Of a stretch of 64,000 nt of DNA, positions 10,401 to 22,000 are shown piece by piece. The position numbers and the translations under genes were made by a program. The notes beneath the pieces were generated by a model, which searched no databases, was not told where the DNA came from, and saw only the letters and a list, made by a program, of their open reading frames with translations. Numbering within the stretch: the stretch's first letter is position 1; each line of letters opens with the position of its first letter. Where the stretch lies: the NCBI GenBank assembly GCA_002269645.1, contig NIVC01003996.1:2001-66000 (forward strand), read 5' to 3'. This stretch comes from Macrostomum lignano (Eukaryota).

Positions 10401-13400
10401 TAATAATAGAACTGTACATCTACTTCAATATCTACCGATAGAAGCACCTCAATAACACGCAAAAACATCAAAGCAAAACAATTCTCAACAGATTTATGAA
10501 CAAATTTTTTCCAGGAAATCGATGAGGCCCTATTTATTTATTAGTCCATCTCATGTGGGCTTCAAATCGACAGCAGCCTTGAGACGAGATTTGCATGTCT
10601 GCCTGTGCGGCACAAAAACTTCAGCCGCTTAAGTTTGCAATCGTTTTTTTCGGGAGGGAAGTCTTTGCCTCAGCCTCCTTCATCGATTTTTTGCATATTT
10701 ATGTCAACACTTTGCCTGCAGTGGGGCTTCTGCCGGGGGCCGGTGTGGGCGATGAGTGGAGAGAGAAAGAAGAGAAGAAGAAAGAGAAATGCAAGTAAGG
10801 GAAGGCGGCGATAGGGAGACGGGGTGACAATATTCAGAGTGACAAGAATTCAGAGTGACAAGAATTCAGAGTGACTAGAATTAAGAGTGACTAGACTTAA
10901 GAGTGACTAGAATTCAGAGTGACTAGAATTCAGAGTGACTAGAATTCAGAGTGACTAGAATTCAGAGTGACTAGAAGAAAGTGTGACTAGAAGAAAGAGT
11001 GACTAGAAAACAGAGTGACTAGAAAACAGAGTGACTAGAAAACAGAGTGACTAGAAAACAGAGTGACTAGAAAACAGAGTGACTAGAAAACAGAGTGACT
11101 AGAAAACAGAGTGACTAGAAAACAGAGTGACTAGAAAACAGAGTGACTAGAAAACAGAGTGACTAGAAGGCAGAGTGACTAGAAGACAGAGTGACTAGAA
11201 GGCAGAGTGAAAGTGACAACAGGCAAGCAGCGAGATAAGAGCCTTAATAATAAATCTGAAATAAAATAAGAAAAGACAAATAAAAAAAGTGGTTTCCGGG
11301 CCTTCGCTCCATCCCGAACCCAGCAGGCCAGCATTTTTTCGTCACGCTCAGCTGGATTCGCCCTTTCCTTGTTCTTGTCCTCATCCCAGCCCTATGTCGA
11401 ACAAAACGGATTACTTAGCGAAGGTTATGAGGAGCCCATTTGCAGATTGGAGCGGATCCAAATGACACACATGTATCACATGACGTCTAGTATACTGTAT
11501 ACTTCTTCTATTAATAAGCCTTCCTGTCTGTTATACGGAACCACTCGATCTTGTGTGTGAGTGTGTACTGGACCCCCCCCCCCGCCTATACCGCCCGCCT
11601 TCATTTCCTTCATTCCACTTTTCCATTTTCTTGCCCCCCAGGCTGCTGGGTGACGCGATTAATCCCAATTCTCTCTCTCTCACTCTCCCTACGTTTCAGT
11701 AGGCTCATTCTACAATTCTGTCAATACTTTAATCTCTATTTTTTAAATTTTATATCAGTGTACTTGGAGGTATTCATTTTCAGCTGCTCACACTATTCCC
11801 TGAATCCCCGGCTGTCTCGCAACTACTTTCTCCTCTCTCCCATCTACTTATCTCCTCTCCTATTTACTCTCTCTCTTCTCTCATCTACTCTCTCTCTTCT
11901 CTCATCTACTCTCTCTCTCTCTCATCTACTCTCTCCCTTCTCTCATCTACTCTCTCCCTTCTCTCATCTACTCTCTTGATCCCTTCTCCCATCTACTCTC
12001 TCTCTTTCCTCTCCCATCTACTCTCTTCCCTCTCGCATCTACTCTTTCCCCTCTCCATCTACTCTCTCCCTTCCTATCTTCTCCCTTCCCTCTCCCATCT
12101 ACTCTCTCCCTTCCTATCTTCCCCCTTCCCTCCCCCATCTACTCTCTCCCCTCTCGCATCTACTCTCTCCCCTCTCGCATCTACTCTCTCTCTTCTCTCA
12201 TCTACTCTCCCCTCTTACATCTACTCTCTCTCCTCTTTCATCTATTCTTCCCCCTTTTCAATCTACTCTCTTCCCTCTTCTATCTACTCTCTCCCCCTCT
12301 CTCATCTACTCTATCTCCTCTTCCATCTGCTCTCTCTTCTCCAGTTTCTATAATACTCTTACAATCCTCTCTAACTCTCGTCATTTCCTCTTCCCAAATA
12401 TCCTCATTTTATCCCTATTTTTTTCCTATAACCCCCCCTCTAAATATTAACCTATATCCAATATCATTCGCTCCAATGTGTTTCATATTGACTCCTATTT
12501 TATAATACCTTGAAAATTCCGCAGTAAAATTTATGTGATTACCATATTTCTCTATGCACTAACTGACGCACCTTGGGTTATAAATGCCTTCGACCATATA
12601 TATATACTTAGTACTATAATTAGTTGATATAAGGTCTCTCAGCGAAGCCGGATATTGTCTGGCAAGCTTTATAGAATCCTCGAGCGAGGATCAAACTACA
12701 GGAAACGGTTAAGCACTACTAGTAGATGCTAAAATGCTAGATAAACGTGTATAGACAAAGAATGAGGTTGTTGGTTAATGAACTTTTTTTAGATTAATCT
12801 CATCGATTACTTGTGTTATGGGTAGTACCGCTATGTTGTAAGCTTAGATTACTGATTAAGTCATAAAGCACCTTCGCTTTTGTGATTAATTGGCATTCAA
12901 AAGCTTTGAAAAATCATGGATTAATAAAAGTACAAAGAAGGGGAGTACTATGTTTCCTGGAAAGATTTTGAAGCCGAGTTTTATAATTAGTCATAAGTAG
13001 TCAATCATGTAAAAACCAGGCCTTCAAAAAGTGTTCCAAGAAACTAACGAACAAATAATAGCATCTTTATTTTCACTTGCCTGCTAAAATGATTAATTAG
13101 ATAATATTTAGTACGAAAATGTATTATGTTGCAGACAAGCCAACAACAGTGCAACTTGGCATCTACATCAATAGCTTTTACTCTATCAGTGAGCAGACAA
13201 TGGTAAATGTCTTATTTTTACATTTTGAAAAAAAATGATTAAGCCAATGCTTAACGCCTTTTTAAATGGCCTTTTAAAAATCTGTCTCAAACTCAAAACT
13301 TCCAGGACTACTCCGTGAACATCTATCTACGTCAGGAGTGGTTCGACCCCAGACTACAGTACAACAAGTCTGAAATCGGACGAAACAAAGACTGCGTCAA

Positions 13401-16400
13401 GCTGGAGGACAAGATCTGGGAGAAGCTCTGGGTGCCGGACGTGTTTTTCAGGTCGCGCCAGTTTAAAACATCGATTTGAACCTTTTTAGTACATGTGGAC
13501 TAGCCATTTCGCCCCCCTCCGGGTAGCTATACGAAAACGAGGCTTTATCATTTGTATCTTAGCAATGCTAAAATGGAGTTTAAAAATATCTTTAGGAGAT
13601 TTAGACGATTTAGAAAAGCAATATTTTTCTTTCTGGACTTTTCAGTAACCCTAATTGTGCTTGAGTGAATGAAACTAAGTTTTCTGTTCAAATATCAGCA
13701 AGTTATTAAAGGAGGGCTGCACCCTGACAAAAAGACAAGACAGAGTGACTACAAGACAGTGACTAGAAGACAGGGTGACTACAAGACAGAGTGACTAGAA
13801 GACAGGGTGACTACAAGACAGAGTGACTAAAAGACAGAGTGACTACAAGACAGAGTGACTACAAGACAGAGTGACTACAAGACAGAGTGACTACAAGACA
13901 GGGTAACTAGCACTGTCACCCTGTCTTCTAGTCCCTCTCATGTAGGGTGTACAGCGGCCTTGACTTTCAAATCTTCAGGAGATGTACACTTTCTTGGCAG
14001 CACCTCGAAGTAAACACACACTTTCTTCATTTGGAATTCGGAAGTCCAGGGATGACAGTATTGAGAATTTATTGCTGAAAAAAACTGAAGACTTCCGATC
14101 CCGCTAATGCATTTTCTGAACGATTTACGAATAGTTTTAGTAACCAGCTTAGTTCTAAATCAACGCTATCGCCTAAAATCATTCCTTTCAAAAAGCAGAA
14201 ACGAGAAGAAAGCCGACTTTCATCACGTGACCATTCCGAATCGCTTCATCAATCTCTACCCGAGCGGGAAGCTGTGGTACGTGATGAAGTGAGTTTCTCT
14301 CCAGAAGCGATCGGGTTTTCATTAGTTGCGTATTGTAAAGTGTCTTCCGCAAAAGCTGCTCTTGTCTTGAGCAGTCACACGCTACGCCGCTTCACTCCAG
14401 CATTCTTCAAATTGAATTTGCAGAATCTCAGCCACCTTGTCCTGCATGATGCAGCTGCAGAAATATCCGCTGGACACGCAAATCTGCCCCATGATGCTGG
14501 AGAGCTGTGAGCGTAATTGATTGGCTCTGGTTTGACCTTGGTGTGAATTTTTAATTGATACTAGTTGCTCACCCAACTCCATCTCAGGCATCTCTCACAC
14601 TCTCATCAATCTTATTCTCCCCCATCTCACTCTCACCCATCTCACTCTCAGCTATCTCACTCTCTTCATCTCACTCTCACCCATCTCACCCTCACAAATC
14701 TTACTCTCGCCCAGCTCACCCTCACCCATTTCACTACTCTCACCCCCATCTCACTCTCGCTTATCTCACCCTAAAAAATCTCACTCTCACCCATCTCAAT
14801 CTCACCCAAATCACTCTCACCCATCTCACTCTCAACCATCTTAACCCTCAGAAATCTCACTCTCATCAATCTCACCCTCTCCCATTTCACTACTCTCACC
14901 CATCTCAGTCTCACCCATCCCACTCTTCCATCTCACTCTTATCTATCTCACTCTCACCCATCTCAATCTCACTTATCTCACTCTCACCGATCTCACCCTC
15001 ACAAATCTTACTCTCAACCATCCCACCAAAACCTCCGCTCGGCAGTCGGTCACACCATGAAAACGGTGGTATTCAAGTGGCTGGTGAACAAGTCCGTAGA
15101 ATCTACTGACGAACTCAGCATGCCACAGTTTGTACTCATCGGCTACCCAACCAGAGATTGCTCAAAGAACTACACTACTGGGAGTTATCCCTGCCTGCAG
15201 GTGGACTTCATTCTGCGACGAGACATCGGTTATTTTATTATCCAAGTGAGCAACACTCTCAGAGGCAGCCTAGGGGAAAAATTTGATTAAGAATAATTAG
15301 ATGATAAAATATACTCTTATTCAATTTCCCACAGGTGTACATACCAACTGTGCTCATAGTCATTCTCAGCTGGGTTGCATTCTGGATTAACACCGAAGCG
15401 ATACCGGCCAGGGTCAGTCTTGGACTGCTCACAGGTGAGGGCCTGGAACTGCTGATGACCCAGTCTATGAGCACAAAAATTTTTCAAGAAACTGTAGCTT
15501 GAGCTCTTTTTTCAATCTTTCGAAAAAGGAAATTAGTTTTGAAAATGTGACTTTTGTAAAATACATTCTTAGAAACTTTTAGTCATTCTGTCTTCTAGTC
15601 ACTCTGAATTCTAGTCACTCTGTCTTCTAGGCACTCTGCCTTCTAGTCACTGTTATCTAGTCACTCTGTATTATAGTCACTCTGTATTATAGTCACTCTG
15701 TCTTCAAGGCACTCTGCCTTCTAGTCACTCTGAATTCTAGTCACTCTGTCTTCTAGGCACTGAGATGCCTTCTAGTCACTCTGTTATCTAGTCACTCTGC
15801 TTCTAGTCACTCTTTTATCTAGTCACTCTGAATTCTAGTCACTCTGTTATCTAGTCACTCTGTCTTCTAGTCACTCGGTCTTCTAGTCACTGTGTCTTCT
15901 AGTTACTCTGTCGTCTATTCACTCTGTCTTCTAGTCACTGTTTTTCTAGTCACTCTGTCTTCTAGTCACTCTGTCTTCTAGTCACACTGTCTTCTAGTCA
16001 CTCTGTCTTCTAGTCACTCTGTCTTTTAGTCACTCTGAATACTAGTCACCCTGAATTCTAGTCCCTATCTTCAAGCCACTCTGAATTCTAGTCAGTCTGA
16101 ATTCTAGTCACACTGTCTTCTAGTCACTCTGTCTTCTAGTCACTCTGTCTTTTAGTCACTCTGAATACTAGTCACCCTGAATTCTAGTCCCTATCTTCAA
16201 GCCACTCTGAATTCTAGTCAGTCTGAATTCTAGTCACTCTGTCTTTTAGTCAGTCTGTCTTCTAGTCACCCTGTCTTCTAACCGACTGATAGAGGTGAAA
16301 TGATCCCATCCTAAAAATACAATCCCTTTTCCCTTGGCAGTGCTCACCATGACAACGCAGTCGTCAGGAGCTGGTCAATCCCTCCCCAGAGTCTCCTACA

Positions 16401-17375
16401 TCAAGGCCATCGACGTGTGGATGAGTGTCTGTCTCATATTTGTGTTCGCCTCGCTTTTAGAATTCGCCGTTGTCAATGTTTACAGTAGGAAAGACACGAA
16501 CGAACAGCGCAGATTGCAGTTGCGAAAGCAGACAGAACAGCAAAAATTACATGAGCAACAGCAGCAGCAGCAGCAACCGACAGTGTCAGTGTTGAAGGCT
16601 GCAAGGATACAAGACAATTTCTATCAAAGTAGCAGCTGCTGCAGTGTCAGCATTGAACCCGAAGCCTCCACTAGTGGCTTTGTAAGTTTTCTTTTTCTGT
16701 AAAAATTTTCGTTTCTGACTACTTATATTTAATTGTTGTAGTAGTATACGCGAGTATAGTTTAGCATGAATACAGATGAAAATTCGTGTCTAGGTAGGAA
16801 TGGTCAGATCCAGAATTAAAAAATAAATAAATGGGTCGGGACTGTAAAGATCGGGACTGGGACTTTATGAAGGATCGGAAGTGTCAGGACCGGAATTGGG
16901 ACTGTTAGGATCGGGATCGGGACTGTCAGGATCGGGACTGTTAGGATCGGGATTGGGACTGTCAGGATCGGGATCGGGACTGTCAGGATCGAGACTGTCA
17001 GGATCAGGATCGGGAATGTCAGGATCGGGATTAGGACTGTCAGGGTCGGGATCGGGACTATCAGGATCGGGATTGGGACTGTCAGGATCAAATTTCATGC
17101 TGACAAAACCCTCCTCCCAATTCCAGTCCCCCATGAGCAGAGCAGACTCACTCAATCACAAGTGCCCAATCACTAATGAGCGATCAGCAAAGTTAACTGA
17201 CATTTTGAGTCAACCACAGCAACTGTCCGGTCGAATCGAAAACTATTCGAGAATTCCGCCTGTCGTTATGGTCAGCCGAGCCAGCAAAATTGATAAAATC
17301 GCTAGACGGTTGTTTCCGCTCAGTTTCTTACTGTTTAACGTCATCTACTGGGTGATGTACGCCATTGTGAAGTGA
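7470..17375 (+). CDS. GluCl: Glutamate-gated chloride channel, lophotrochozoan type (GlyR-like Cys-loop receptor), 11 exons, ~507 aa
   Basis: Exons with compatible phases and GT-AG ends: 7470-7555 (signal peptide [24 protein letters not shown]), 8134-8235, 8963-9021 ([11 protein letters not shown]), 13135-13202, 13306-13451, 14199-14288, 14424-14506 (Cys-loop [15 protein letters not shown]), 15046-15245 (loop [13 protein letters not shown]), 15335-15434, 16341-16681, 17127-17375. Total 1524 nt, in frame. M2 carries the PAR anion filter ([18 protein letters not shown]) and loop A reads [11 protein letters not shown]. The exon-2 acceptor could instead be 8170. Confidence 0.9.
7670..8038. repeat. 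~19-21 bp GC-rich minisatellite (GGGGCGCCCACCAAGAGACA), GluCl intron 1
   Basis: About 18 tandem copies. Confidence 0.95.
8395..8750. repeat. ~21 bp minisatellite (TTTGAAGCTTGGATGCCATC), GluCl intron 2
   Basis: Tandem copies. Confidence 0.9.
9160..9400 (-). mobile_element. Divergent 5'-truncated relative of SINE family A
   Basis: Reverse complement GTCAGGAGGCTGCTGTACACCCTG..GCGCGCTTGCATGGCTCAGGAGTCTGCGGAATGG aligns with the body at 6660-6760. Confidence 0.7.
9420..9845 (+). repeat. 16-bp satellite AGAGTGACTAGAAGAC
   Basis: Tandem copies. The same unit occurs at 10822-11215, 13735-13910 and, inverted, at 15585-16280. Confidence 0.95.
10822..11215 (+). repeat. 16-bp satellite AGAGTGACTAGAAAAC
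   Basis: Tandem copies. Confidence 0.95.
11845..12345. repeat. CT-rich CATCTACTCTCTC minisatellite
   Basis: Tandem copies. Confidence 0.9.
13735..13935 (+). repeat. 16-bp satellite AGAGTGACTACAAGAC
   Basis: Tandem copies, ending in a short inverted segment at 13910-13935. Confidence 0.9.
13943..14000 (-). mobile_element. Short fragment of the SINE family A central domain
   Basis: GGGTGTACAGCGGCCTTGACTTT..ATGTACACTT matches 4865-4910 and 9322-9345. Confidence 0.5.
14575..15020. repeat. CTCACTCTCACCCAT-type minisatellite
   Basis: Degenerate tandem copies in a GluCl intron. Confidence 0.85.
15585..16280 (-). repeat. 16-bp satellite, inverted orientation (TCTAGTCACTCTGTCT)
   Basis: Reverse complement of the unit at 9420, 10822 and 13735. 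Confidence 0.95.
16830..17090. repeat. GGATCGGGACTGTCA-type minisatellite, last GluCl intron
   Basis: Tandem copies between the donor at 16682 and the acceptor at 17126. Confidence 0.9.
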
Positions 17376-17684
17376 ACTTCAAATGTTAAAAAAAGCAAAT
17401 AAAGCGACATAGCGCAGTATCACATTGTGACAATTTTTGAAGGCTGGTTTGACAATATATTTAACTGTCTTGAACTTCCAAAACGCTTAAGTTGTGTTTA
17501 GAAGAAACAATTCGTTAAAGAGAAAATATTCGTAAATTATGTTTTTTTCTTGTTTCGTAAATTTTGATTAAATATTGAACCTACCTTGGGCTAAAAGTAC
17601 ACATGTACTTCGGATAAATTTTCAAATGACCTTCAAAAGTACAGATTGTGAATAAATCTAGCTAATGCATTTTTGTGGGTGCCC

Positions 17685-17990
17685 ATCTCTGTAGCTAGTG
17701 ACCCCCTCTGTAGCTAGTGACCCCCTCTGTAGCTAGTGCCCCTCTGTAGCTTGTGACCCCCTCTGTTACTGGTGACCCCCTTCTGTTGCTGGTGACCCCA
17801 TCAATAGCAAGTGGCCCCTCTGTAGCTGGTGACCCCTTCTGTAGCTGGTGACCCCTTTCTGTAGCTGGTGACCCCTTCTGTTGCTGGTGACCCCTTTCTG
17901 TAGCTGGTGACTTTCTTCTGTTGCTGGCGACCCCCCATCAATAGCCAGTGGCCCCCTCTGTAGCTGGCAACCCCCTCTCTGTAGCTGGCG
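17685..17990. repeat. ~19-21 bp minisatellite (CTGTAGCTGGTGACCCCTT)
   Basis: Tandem copies. Confidence 0.9.
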
Positions 17991-18540
17991 AATTATTTGC
18001 TTCAAGCACCTCCCCCAGAAGATACTCAGCAAAGACAATCTCCCGCAAGCAAAACTTTCCCAGCAATTCGATCTTGTCGAATATTGTAAATTCAGTCACA
18101 TACTTTGGTACACGTGGAATCAGCAACTGTTTAATCAAAATATTTATTTACCTGATTAACAAATAAGTATAGTTAATGCCAACTTTGTGATGCAAATATT
18201 GACGTTACAATCCAATATTACATCGAGATCCAAAAATACGCAGTTGCGAATGTACTTCAGTTACTTTTAATACATTATTATTATATACCCATTCTAATTT
18301 GATTGGTTGTTCAAATTTCCTCATAGACTAATAATTATTCATAAATTTAACCCAGCAAATTGATTAATAATATTAGCTAATATGGGCATGGATGTCTTCG
18401 CTACCTCAGCGCTTTAGCAACTTTGAATGGCGATCTCCGATAGGGACAAAGAAGGTTAACAGTCAATTTTCTTCATGACGGAATCGAAGTCTGAGCCTGT
18501 AAGTTGAACTATTGTGAAATCTATCATCAAAAAGACACTT

Positions 18541-18678
18541 GATAAAGTTGGGGCCGCTGTACACTCCTGTGTGAGTGAGTGCCTGTGCGTATGACTGCGT
18601 ACGTATCCGCGCGCTTGTGTGCCTGCTCAGGGGTGTCGGCGGAATGGGCAGCAATGCCTCTCGCTAGCCGGTTGTGCG
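18541..18678 (+). mobile_element. SINE family A, 3' fragment
   Basis: GATAAAGTTGGGGCCGCTGTACACTCCTGTGTGAG..CGCGCGCTTG..GGCGGAATGGGCAG is nearly identical to 6655-6770. Confidence 0.8.
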
Positions 18679-19036
18679 GTTTTCGAAGTGTCGAGCTTAT
18701 CGAGTTTTCTGTCTTCGAAAATGTAGAATTTCCAGTTTGTGAAAGCTGCATGCTCTGAAGCGAGAGCAGAACTTGCTCACCGCTATTAAGCGTTCTGGTT
18801 GCGGGTCCACTGTCATCTTGACCATAAAGACTTGACTCAGGTCGATTTGACCGTCCTGCGGTGTCCCTTCCGGAGAGTCCAGGAGGTGGATGGTCGCTCA
18901 CCCGGTAGCCTTTAGGTAGGGGACGAGCTGGCAGAGATTCTTGGGCCCGAAAACTTCGGAGAGATAGCTGGAGAAGCAGAATAGGAATTCCCTGGAGATA
19001 GCCATGCCTAGCATATATCCATGACCTGAGAGGGCC

Positions 19037-22000
19037 ATGGTTACGATAATGCATTTCGAATTTCAGATACAACTTCAGCGTCTCAGTCCCGTTGACGCGC
19101 TCGACAATCACTGTAGCAACAAGAACAGCAAAGAACAAATCGACCCGGCTCAAGTTGGCAGCAGCAGCAGTCATGGAGATCCGTCCGCCGAGTTAGACGA
19201 CAAGCCAGCGTCCAAAAGCATCGATCGTTTAAGTCGCGACTCGTTAGGAAAGCGACTGTCCCAAACTGATGAACAGAATCTTGATCTGGCAATGGAGTTC
19301 CACCCGGCTGATGGAGGCTGCGTCGCTTGGCTGGTCTGCTTCACCTCATTCTGCACCAACGGCACCATCTTCTCGGTGATTAACAGCTTCGGAATAATTA
19401 GCGAGTGGCTCATCACTAATTACAGCGCCAGCAAGTCGTTGGCTGGTGAGTTTAACTAACTGACTAAGTAGCGAACTAACAAACTAACAAACTAACAAAC
19501 TAACAAACTAACAAACTGACAAACTGACTGACTGACTTCAAATTTAGCAAACCGACCCCTCCCCACCTAGGCGCTATCGGATCCGCGGCCTTCGGCTGTT
19601 TATTCTTCTTCTCATTTCTAGCCAGTGTGGTCACCGACCGAGTAGGCATTCGCCCAGTAGCCGCAGTCGGTGGCGCAGTCTGCGCGCTGGGCCTTCTGGG
19701 CAGCTCTTTCTGCGACAGGCAGGACCGAATCACCATGCTGCTGTTCACGCACAGTTTCCTATTCGGCGCGGGAGCAGCTCTGGTCTACACGCCGAGCCTG
19801 GTGATTCTGGGCCACTATTTTGAGCGTCGAATGGGCCTCGTTAACGGCATAGTCACCCTCGGAAGCGGAGTGTTCTCAATTCCGCTCACCAAGATAATGA
19901 AACCCGTGCTGCTTGATGGCATCGGGCTTAGCAACACGTTTCGCCTGTTGGCTGGGATGTCCCTACTGATGGTTCTTTACGCGCTCACCTGGAGACAAAC
20001 TCGACCAGCTCGTCACGCTGAACTTGATCACTACTTGTCGCCAAGAAATTCTCTAGCAGAGAGCGTTACAGGGATTGGCACGTTTCTATCGAAATTTTGC
20101 AACGTTAGCATTTGGCGAAGTCGTGGTTTTTTAGTTTGGATTGTTGCTTGTCCTTGCGCCATGTTTGGCTACTTTGTGCCGTTCGTTTTTCTGATGAGCT
20201 CCCGTTACTGAGTGTTTTTCTGTTTGTCTATGGCCTTTATACCCAACATGAAGTTGTCTTTCTGTTCCTCTGTCTATGACCATTCTATCAACCAGTGCCT
20301 AAGCTGTCTATGGCAATTCTATAAACCAAAATCTCAGCTGTCTATGGCCATTCTATCAACCAATATCTCAGCTGTCTATGGCCATTCTATCAACCAAGAT
20401 GTCAGCTGTCTATGGCCATTCTATCAACCAATATCTCAGCTGTCTATGGCCATTTTATCAACCACTATACTTAGCTGTCTAAAGCCATCCTATCAACCAC
20501 TACACCTAAGCTGTCTAAAGCCATCCTATCAACCACTATCTCAGCTGTCTATGGCCTCTTCCAACGGTCATAGTTATGTACGACCTATTACCGATTTTTT
20601 TCAGCCAAATTTCTTACAAATGCGAGCTCTCCTACAATACAACATCACATCGGACAAACAACTGAAGCAGATTCTAAGCAACGGCACTGCAGCGACTAGA
20701 AATTCTGGCAGTAGCAACAACAATAGCAGCGGTACAAGCAACGAAGTTTATAATCAAATCCAACTATCGATTTCCACAGCTGAATCCGACGCGGCAATAA
20801 TGCTAGTCTGCATTAACATTTCAAGCAGCGTTGCGCGATTAGTTATTGGGAAATTAGCTGACAGTCAATGCATGAACAGAGTCCATCTGCAACAGGCAGC
20901 TTACGCCACCCTGGGACTTAGCATTCTTTTATTACCGCCTAGTAACCATCGGGTTTTAACCATCAGGTTCTCGCTGGCCCTACTATTTGGCCTATGCGAC
21001 GGAGCCGTGGTGTGCCTTATGGGACCGATTGCGTTCGATTTAGTTGGACCGAGTGGCGCATCGCAGGCAATTGGATTTCTATTGTTGGCAATGTCTGTGC
21101 CAACCACTGTGGGGCCATTGCTGGCGGGTGAGCACCAGCAGCAGCATGTTGTTCAGTGGCTTGTGTTTTGGCTGTCATTTCCGATGTTCGATGTGTCATT
21201 TTGTGGCTAATGAGAGAGAGGTGTTGTTGATTCCGATGTTTGACGTGTCATTTTGTGGTGCCATTTGAGAGGTGCCATTTCCGATGTTTGACGTGGCATT
21301 TTGTGGGTAATGAGAGGTGTCATTTCCGATGTTTGACGTCTCATTTTGTGGCTAATGAGAGGTGTCATTTTCGATGTTCGACGTGTCATTTTGTCGCTAA
21401 TGAGAGGTGTCATTTTTGATGTCTGACGTGTCATTTTGTCGCTAATGAGAGGTGTCATTTCCGATGTTTGACGTGTCCTTTTGTGTTCGATGATGTGTAT
21501 TATTTCCGATGCTTAATACACCTCATCGACCACAAAATGACGCATCAAACAATCTAAAAAAATTCAGGCTATATAAACGACGTTACAAACCGATGGGACG
21601 TACCTTTCTATCTATCTGGTCTGTTGCCGATTGTAGCTGCAATCATTATGTTCTTGATTCCCCAGACTGCACAGGTTTGAAAATATTGTCATTTTTTTTA
21701 ATTCAAGAATAATTTGTTTCATACTGCATGTCTACATTATAAATTACGTTTCAATTTCAACTCGCAGACTTATCCGGCAGTATGTGTGGTTGAGAACTTT
21801 GATCAGAATGCAAAGTCAAATTTGGATATTCATGGTGAGTAATAAATTACCGTTTACCCTGTCAGATCATTCAGTGGTCTGCAACTTATCTGGTCTTTCA
21901 GTGACCTGCTACCCTTAATGCCCTATTGGCTTCAGATTCTCCAGTGGGCTGTTAATCCTATGATTCTCCAGTGGGCTGTTAATCCTAAGATTCTCCAGTG

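Noticed and set aside
16881-17126. Gly/Ser-rich in-frame extension of the last GluCl exon
   Set aside because: It is a minisatellite within the intron. A phase-0 acceptor (TTCCAG at 17126) matches the donor at 16681.
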